NCBI GenBank assembly: GCA_025980325.1
Contig: JAICXQ010000078.1
Coordinates: 1-11,830, forward strand
From: Frankiales bacterium
GTDB taxonomy: Bacteria; Actinomycetota; Actinomycetes; JAFAQI01
DNA length: 11,830 nt
Reading direction: 5' to 3'
Part shown: in pieces, positions 7,123 through 11,830 of the stretch
Numbering within the stretch: position 1 is the stretch's first letter
How the letters are laid out: each line of letters opens with the position of its first letter
Position numbers and translations under genes: made by a program
Notes under the pieces: model-generated
What the model saw: the letters and a program-made list of their open reading frames with translations, nothing else
Told to the model about the DNA's origin: nothing
Databases searched by the model: none

Positions 7123-8442
7123 ATGACGAAGCACCGGATTGCCGTGACGTGCGCGGCCGCGGCGGTCGCGGTCGCGTTCGCGGCGACCGTCCCGACGGTC
7201 GCGTCCTCGGCACCGCGAGCGTTGCAGTTCCGGCCTCCGGTCGCGCTGACGCCGGCGACCGGGTTCGGCGGTTACGAGCCGGGCGTCCTGGCCGATCGGT
7301 TCGGCGGCGTCTGGGTGTTCGCGCACAAGGGCAACGAAGGCGACGTGCTCTCGCCGGACGCGCAGGCCGCGGACGGGGTGCGCGGATCGTCGTGGGTGTG
7401 GTGGTCGTCGAACGGCGTGCACTTCACCGACGCGCCCGGCGGCCCGGTCGGCGCGGCGCCGCTGCCGAGCGAGTTGCTCTTCGGCGACGAGAACGCGGTG
7501 GACGAGGACGACGCCGGCCACGTGTACGCGGTCGACACCAACCTCACCGATGCGTCGATCACGCGCTGGCACCTCGGTCGCGCGAACCAGCCGCCGGCGT
7601 TCGACTTCTACCGTCCGGTGATCCCCGCCGGCGAGGCGTACGACGACCGGCCGTGGGTCGCCGCGCACGGCAACGGCGTCGTCATGTTCATGGGCAACAC
7701 ATGGGAGCAGGACGCGTATCCAGGCAACCCGGTCAGCAACAGCGCGCGGGGTGCGGCGATCGTGCACATGTCCTACGACGGCGGGATGACGTTCGATCCG
7801 GTCGGCGTCCCGCTCGACGGATCCGGCTGGTGCCGGCCGGCGGCCGACCATCGAGCCGGTTCGCACGTCTTCTACGCGATCTGTACGACGAACAGTTCGG
7901 CGGTGCGGCTCGCCGGGCTCGACCTGAGCGACCACATGCTCTATTCGTACGTGTCGACCGACGACGGCCGGACGTGGCATCGATACGGCATCCGCCCGTA
8001 CACGACCGGCAATCCCAACGCCTCGAACTGGCCGTCGGTCGCGGTCGCCCCGAACGGGACGGTGTACGCGGCGTACCTCGACCAGGCGAACGGACGGACG
8101 CCGGTGCTGTGGCTGTTCCGCTCGACCACATTCGGCCGCACCTGGCAGCAACAGGTGATCCGTTGGCCGGACAACACGACGTCGGTCCCGCTGTTCTCGG
8201 TCGCGGTCGGCCCGACCGGTGCCGTCGGGCTGTGCCTGCAGGACACGACCGCGGTGACCGCGGCGGTGGGGAGCTTCGGTCGCCCGTTCGCGTTCACCGC
8301 GGTGCCGACCGGCGGTGCGCCGCAGACGCCGTACGGCGACTTCACCCAATGCGCCTTCACCCACGCGGGCAAGCTCGGCGTCACCTGGACCGCGCTGAAA
8401 GGCGTCGACGACGCCGACGTGTACTACTCCCAGCAGCGGTAG
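7123..8442 (+). CDS. Secreted BNR/Asp-box repeat beta-propeller protein (exo-alpha-sialidase / glycoside hydrolase-like).
   Basis: 439 aa from ATG 7123. Sec signal MTKHRIAVTCAAAAVAVAFAATVPTVASSAP. Asp-box (S-x-D-x-G-x-T-W/F) motifs: SYDGGMTF, STDDGRTW, RSTTFGRTW. The ORF-track start at 6991 adds an Arg-rich extension, which I do not favour. Confidence 0.78.
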   Translation: MTKHRIAVTCAAAAVAVAFAATVPTVASSAPRALQFRPPVALTPATGFGGYEPGVLADRFGGVWVFAHKGNEGDVLSPDAQAADGVRGSSWVWWSSNGVHFTDAPGGPVGAAPLPSELLFGDENAVDEDDAGHVYAVDTNLTDASITRWHLGRANQPPAFDFYRPVIPAGEAYDDRPWVAAHGNGVVMFMGNTWEQDAYPGNPVSNSARGAAIVHMSYDGGMTFDPVGVPLDGSGWCRPAADHRAGSHVFYAICTTNSSAVRLAGLDLSDHMLYSYVSTDDGRTWHRYGIRPYTTGNPNASNWPSVAVAPNGTVYAAYLDQANGRTPVLWLFRSTTFGRTWQQQVIRWPDNTTSVPLFSVAVGPTGAVGLCLQDTTAVTAAVGSFGRPFAFTAVPTGGAPQTPYGDFTQCAFTHAGKLGVTWTALKGVDDADVYYSQQR

Positions 8443-8461
8443 GTCATCCAGCCGCGGTCGT

Positions 8462-8866
8462 TCAGACGCTGCTGACGATCGCCTTGTGTTGCGCGGCGTA
8501 CTCGTCGGCGGACAGCAATCCCTCGGCCTTGAGGTGGTCGAGTTCGCGGAGGCGATCCTCCACCGACTTCGACCCCGCCGGCGCGGCGGACCCGGCCGCG
8601 TAACCGGGCCGGGTAGCGGCCACGAGGTAGGTCGCGTCGAGGCCGGCCGGGGCGTACATCGCCGTGGCGGCCGCGTCCTGAGGATTCAGGCCGGCGCGGG
8701 TGGCCATGCGGCGGGCGGCCCGATTGCGCGCGACGGTGCTCCAGATGCCCATCCCGAACGTCACGACGAAGAACCCGACGAAGATCACTGGAACGACGTA
8801 CTTCACGGCCGACTGTCCCCCTTGGCGAAACCAGTTGATTGGTCCACCAGTGTCCGTCATCGGCAC
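8462..8866 (-). CDS. Small single-pass membrane protein with a C-terminal SHOCT domain.
   Basis: 134 aa. One TM helix, YVVPVIFVGFFVVTFGMGIWSTV. The C-terminus SVEDRLRELDHLKAEGLLSADEYAAQHKAIV fits the SHOCT short C-terminal motif. The first in-frame start is GTG 8866..8864. An ATG two codons later (8860) is an alternative. Confidence 0.7.
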   Translation of the reverse strand: MPMTDTGGPINWFRQGGQSAVKYVVPVIFVGFFVVTFGMGIWSTVARNRAARRMATRAGLNPQDAAATAMYAPAGLDATYLVAATRPGYAAGSAAPAGSKSVEDRLRELDHLKAEGLLSADEYAAQHKAIVSSV

Positions 8867-8974
8867 CGCCGGTGGCGTGACCCGAATGGGCGAACCGGAC
8901 TACGCCGTCGAGCACGGATGGGTAGATTTCGGATCGGACCGGGAGGGTCGTTGGAAGAGCTGAGTCAGGACCTC

Positions 8975-9160
8975 ATGGGCACGGTGGGTCACGTGACGGT
9001 GCCCATCGCACCCGGACGTCCGGGCGAAGTGGTGCTCCCGGTCCGAGGAGGAACCGAGGCGTTCACCGCGTTCGCCGACGAAGCGATCGCGAAGCATCAG
9101 CGGGTCGTCGTCGTCGAGTGCCGGACCGCTCGATCGGTCACGGTGACCCCGTGCGCGTGA
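8975..9160 (+). CDS. NfeD-like OB-fold mini-protein (C-terminal NfeD domain only, no TM segment), partner of the downstream flotillin.
   Basis: 61 aa from ATG 8975: MGTVGHVTVPIAPGRPGEVVLPVRGGTEAFTAFADEAIAKHQRVVVVECRTARSVTVTP... This matches the NfeD beta-barrel consensus (lvGktGvv..p..P.G.v.v.g....A.s.e.I..G..V.Vv.v.g..L.V.P). Alternative in-frame starts: TTG 8951 (GGGAGGG SD 4 nt upstream) or ATG 8918, giving 69 or 80 aa. None adds a TM helix. The frame is closed upstream of 8867 by the convergent SHOCT gene. Confidence 0.6.
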   Translation: MGTVGHVTVPIAPGRPGEVVLPVRGGTEAFTAFADEAIAKHQRVVVVECRTARSVTVTPCA

Positions 9161-9185
9161 GCGTGCGCCCAGTGAGGAGTAACTG

Positions 9186-10577
9186 ATGTTGTTCTGGCAT
9201 GTGCCCGCGCCGAACGAGGCGTTGCTGATCTCGGGATCGCGTCGACGGTCGCAAGATACGCAGTTCCGGATCGTCACCGGACACGGCTGCCTCGTCCTGC
9301 CGATCAAGCAGAAGGCGCGCGTGCTCACGCTGTCGCTGCGCGAGTCCGAGATCGTCGAGGAGTGCGTGACGACGCAGGGCATCCGGCTCAACATCCGCGC
9401 GGTCGCGGCGTTCAAGGTCGGCGACGATCCGGTGTCGATCGCCAACGCGGCCCGGCGGTTCCTCGACGAGCAGGACCGGATGGAAGAGCTCGTCGGCCGC
9501 ATCTTCGCCGGCCACCTGCGATCGATCATCGGCAGCCTGACCGTCGAGGAGATCATCCGCGAGCGGGACAAGCTCGCGCAGGAGGTCAAGGACGGCAGCC
9601 ACGGCGAGATGGAGAAGCTGGGCATCGTCGTCGACTCGTTGCTGATCCAGGAGATCGAGGACACGACCGGATACATCAACAACATCGCCGCGCCGCACGC
9701 CGCGGCGATCGCGAGCCAGGCCCGCATCGCGGCAGCGAAGGCCGACCAGGAAGCCACCCAGCGCGAGCAGGAGGCTGCTGCGCTCAAGTCGGAGTACGTC
9801 CGCGATGCCGCGATCAAGCAGGCGGGCTTCACCGCGGAGATCGAGGAAGCGAAAGCGAAGGCGGGACAGGCCGGCCCGCTCGCGCAGGCACAGTCATCCC
9901 AGGAAGTGATTGCGCAACAGACACTGCTGGCCGAGCGCGAGGCGCAGCTCACCGAGAAGCAACTCGAGTCGCAGGTGCGGCGGCCGGCCGACGCCGAGGC
10001 CTACCGGCAGCGCACCCTCGCCGAGGCGGGCCGCGACACGACCAAGCTCGAGACCGAGGCGGAGGCGTTCAAGCAGCGCGCGCTGGCCGAGGCGCACCGG
10101 GACACGACCAAGTTGCAAACCGAGGCCGAAGCGTTCCGCCAGCGCGGGCTGGCCGAGGCGCAAGCCGACGCGGTCAAGGTCGAAGCCCAGGGCGAAGCCG
10201 CGGCCAAGCAAGCGCACGCGGACGCGGACGCGTACAGCCAGCGGGCGATCGCCGCCGCCGACGCGGACGCGCTGAACGCACGTGCCGACGCGCTCAACGA
10301 CGGCAACCAGGCGCTTATCGCGGCGAACAAGCTGGTCGACCTGCTGCCGGCGCTGGTCGAGGCGGCGTCGAAGGGCATCGCCGGCTCGCACCTCACCGTT
10401 CTCAACGGCACCGAGGGCGTCAACCAGGCGGTCGCCGGCATCGTCGGGCAAGGCATGGCCATCTACGACACCCTGCGTCACAGCGTCGCGCAGGAATCGC
10501 CGCCGCCGAGCTCGAACGGCGCGAAGCCGGCCGATGCCGGCGCCGCGGGGACCGCGTCGACCCCGGCTCACGAGTAG
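9186..10577 (+). CDS. floT: Flotillin-family SPFH/band-7 protein (FloT/YuaG-like) lacking the N-terminal membrane hairpin.
   Basis: 463 aa. ATG 9186 with GAGGAG SD at 9173..9178. The N-terminus WHVPAPNEALLISGS...FRIVTGHGCLVLPIKQKARVLTLSLRESEIVEECVTTQGIRLNIRAVAAFKVG aligns with the B. subtilis FloT region that begins after the TM hairpin. It has the SPFH core plus a long Ala/Glu-rich coiled coil with AEAF(K/R)QR(A/G)LAEA repeats. In-frame stop TAA at 9180 excludes an upstream extension. Confidence 0.9.
   Translation: MLFWHVPAPNEALLISGSRRRSQDTQFRIVTGHGCLVLPIKQKARVLTLSLRESEIVEECVTTQGIRLNIRAVAAFKVGDDPVSIANAARRFLDEQDRMEELVGRIFAGHLRSIIGSLTVEEIIRERDKLAQEVKDGSHGEMEKLGIVVDSLLIQEIEDTTGYINNIAAPHAAAIASQARIAAAKADQEATQREQEAAALKSEYVRDAAIKQAGFTAEIEEAKAKAGQAGPLAQAQSSQEVIAQQTLLAEREAQLTEKQLESQVRRPADAEAYRQRTLAEAGRDTTKLETEAEAFKQRALAEAHRDTTKLQTEAEAFRQRGLAEAQADAVKVEAQGEAAAKQAHADADAYSQRAIAAADADALNARADALNDGNQALIAANKLVDLLPALVEAASKGIAGSHLTVLNGTEGVNQAVAGIVGQGMAIYDTLRHSVAQESPPPSSNGAKPADAGAAGTASTPAHE
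9993..10190 (+). repeat. Three imperfect tandem 66-nt repeats encoding 22-aa Ala/Glu-rich units of the flotillin coiled-coil (AEAYRQRTLAEAGRDTTKLETE / AEAFKQRALAEAHRDTTKLQTE / AEAFRQRGLAEAQADAVKVEAQ).
   Basis: Direct reading of the floT frame. Units start at 9993, 10059 and 10125. Confidence 0.7.
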
Positions 10578-10592
10578 GCCGCCGACCCGTAG

Positions 10593-10606
10593 CGAGCACG
10601 TGCTCG
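10593..10606. promoter_or_regulatory. Perfect 14-bp palindrome CGAGCACGTGCTCG between floT and acs, about 50 bp upstream of the acs start codon. Candidate operator or terminator-like element.
   Basis: cgagcacgtgctcg equals its own reverse complement. It sits 16 nt after the floT stop (TAG at 10575..10577) and 50 nt before ATG 10656. Confidence 0.3.
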
Positions 10607-10655
10607 GCCCGCGGAGACAATGACGTCGAAGGGTCTGCTACCGGAGGAGCCGAGG

Positions 10656-11830
10656 ATGTCCGAGCCGACGCTCGACGCACTGCTGCACGAGTCCCGGCGC
10701 TTCGATCCTCCCGGCGATTTGGCCAAGAACGCCAACGCTCAACCGTCGCTGTACGACGAGGCGGCGCGGGATCGGGTCGCGTTCTGGGAACGGCAGGCCG
10801 AATGGCTGCGCTGGGACACCAAGTGGCACACCGCGCTCGAGTGGGAAGCGCCGTACGCGAAGTGGTTCGTCGGCGGCACGCTGAACGCTGCGGTCAATGC
10901 GGTCGACCGGCACGTCGAGGCAGGCTTCGGCGACAAGGTCGCGTTCCACTGGGTCGCCGACGGCGACACCGCGCGCCGCACCATCACCTACGCGGACCTG
11001 CAACGCGACGTCGCGAGGACCGCGAATGCCCTCACCGAGCTCGGCGTCAACGCCGGCGATCGCGTCGCGATCTACATGCCCATGATCCCCGAGACGATCG
11101 CGACCATCCTCGCGTGCGCGCGCATCGGCGCACCGCACAACGTCGTGTTCTGCGGCTTCTCCGCCGACGCGTTGCGTGGCCGCATTCTCGACGCCGACGC
11201 TCGCGTCGTCGTCACCACCGACGGGCAGTACCGGCGCGGTGCGCCCACTCCGGTCAAGCCGGCCGTCGACGACGCGGTCAAAGACTGCCCGGACGTCCGC
11301 CACGTTCTCGTCGTCCGGCGCACCGGCGGCGACGTCGACTGGACCGAAGGTCGCGACGTGTGGTGGCACGACGTCGTCGACAGGCAATCGGAGACACATC
11401 AGGCGACGGCGTTCGACGCCGAGCATCCGCTGTTCATGATGTACACGTCCGGCACGACCGCGAAGCCGAAAGGCATCCTGCACACGACCGGCGGCTACCT
11501 CACCCAGGTTGCCGCCACTCATCGCTACGTCTTCGACCTCAAGCCGGACACGGACATCTACTGGTGCGCTGCCGACATCGGCTGGATCACCGGGCACTCG
11601 TACATCGTGTACGGCCCGCTCTGCAACGGCGCGACGTCGCTGATGTACGAAGGCACGCCGCACCCCGGCGACCAGGATCGCTGGTGGAAGCTCATCGAGG
11701 AGTTCAAGGTCTCGATCCTCTACACCGCGCCGACCACGATCCGCACGTTGATGAAGTGGGGTCACGAGTTGCTCGCGCCGTACGACCTGTCGTCGTTGCG
11801 CGTGCTCGGATCGGTCGGCGAGCCGATCAA
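10656..11830 (+). CDS. acs: Acetyl-coenzyme A synthetase (AMP-forming), N-terminal ~391 aa. The gene continues past the right edge of the window.
   Basis: ATG 10656 with GGAGGAG 6 nt upstream. Translation MSEPTLDALLHESRRFDPPGDLAKNANAQPSLYDEAARDRVAFWERQAEWLRWDTKWHTALEWEAPYAKWFVGGTLNAAVNAVDRHVEAG... Diagnostic Acs/adenylate-forming motifs: YTSGTTAKPKGILHTTGGYL, WITGHSYIVYGPL. The frame is open to the window end, so it is missing from the ORF track. Confidence 0.92.
   Translation, partial: MSEPTLDALLHESRRFDPPGDLAKNANAQPSLYDEAARDRVAFWERQAEWLRWDTKWHTALEWEAPYAKWFVGGTLNAAVNAVDRHVEAGFGDKVAFHWVADGDTARRTITYADLQRDVARTANALTELGVNAGDRVAIYMPMIPETIATILACARIGAPHNVVFCGFSADALRGRILDADARVVVTTDGQYRRGAPTPVKPAVDDAVKDCPDVRHVLVVRRTGGDVDWTEGRDVWWHDVVDRQSETHQATAFDAEHPLFMMYTSGTTAKPKGILHTTGGYLTQVAATHRYVFDLKPDTDIYWCAADIGWITGHSYIVYGPLCNGATSLMYEGTPHPGDQDRWWKLIEEFKVSILYTAPTTIRTLMKWGHELLAPYDLSSLRVLGSVGEPI

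Noticed and set aside
7030-8603. Long ORFs 7089..8603(+), 7030..8364(-), 7733..8131(-), 7941..8384(-).
   Set aside because: They overlap the BNR-repeat gene in other frames or antisense. The composition is Arg/Gly/Asp-rich without motifs.
8486-8974. N-terminal 160 aa of ORF 8486..9160, and ORF 8700..8963.
   Set aside because: They overlap the convergent SHOCT membrane protein gene (8462..8866) on the other strand. Only the terminal NfeD-like segment shows a real domain signature.
8900-10571. Minus-strand ORFs 8900..9952, 9138..9698 and 9894..10571, and plus ORFs 9910..10275 and 10282..10623.
   Set aside because: They are antisense or out-of-frame to the well-supported flotillin gene and are Ser/Arg/Ala-rich artefacts.
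10638-11765. 375-aa minus-strand ORF, plus small ORFs 10739..10987, 10897..11085, 11072..11323 and 11176..11439.
   Set aside because: They are antisense or out-of-frame to acetyl-CoA synthetase, which carries unmistakable adenylate-forming motifs.
1-11830. Search for tRNA, rRNA, CRISPR repeats, IS inverted repeats or integrase/transposase genes.
   Set aside because: I saw none. No tRNA-like T-loop or anticodon stems, no regularly spaced direct repeats, no transposase-like translation in any frame.

Overview
High-GC (about 70%+) actinobacterial-type chromosomal segment with no rRNA, tRNA, CRISPR or obvious mobile element. Reading left to right, I call the following genes. (1) A minus-strand Liv-like ABC uptake operon read 4379 down to 1: an unusual 604-aa membrane-anchored solute-binding-like protein with an in-frame 21-nt x5 tandem repeat, a fused LivH/LivM-type double permease, and the 5' part of an ABC ATPase. 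Adjacent genes overlap by GTGA and ATGA. (2) A class III adenylate cyclase of the Rv1264/Rv2212 architecture (minus strand), ending 128 bp upstream of the transporter start. That spacer holds a perfect CRP consensus palindrome, TGTGA-N6-TCACA. (3) A divergently transcribed secreted hypothetical protein. (4) A MaoC-like (R)-hydratase hotdog protein (minus). (5) A secreted BNR/Asp-box beta-propeller sialidase-like protein (plus). (6) A small membrane protein with a C-terminal SHOCT domain (minus). (7) Divergent from it, an NfeD-like OB-fold mini-protein directly followed by a FloT-type flotillin (SPFH) gene. Both lack the usual N-terminal membrane anchors. (8) The 5' two-thirds of AMP-forming acetyl-CoA synthetase (Acs), preceded by a perfect 14-bp palindrome. 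The long Arg-rich ORFs in the supplied track are treated as artefacts: most are antisense to these genes, a few run in other frames on the same strand. I recognise no defence system, toxin-antitoxin or phage module. The most unusual elements are the cAMP-linked transporter locus and the anchor-less NfeD-flotillin pair with its divergent SHOCT partner.
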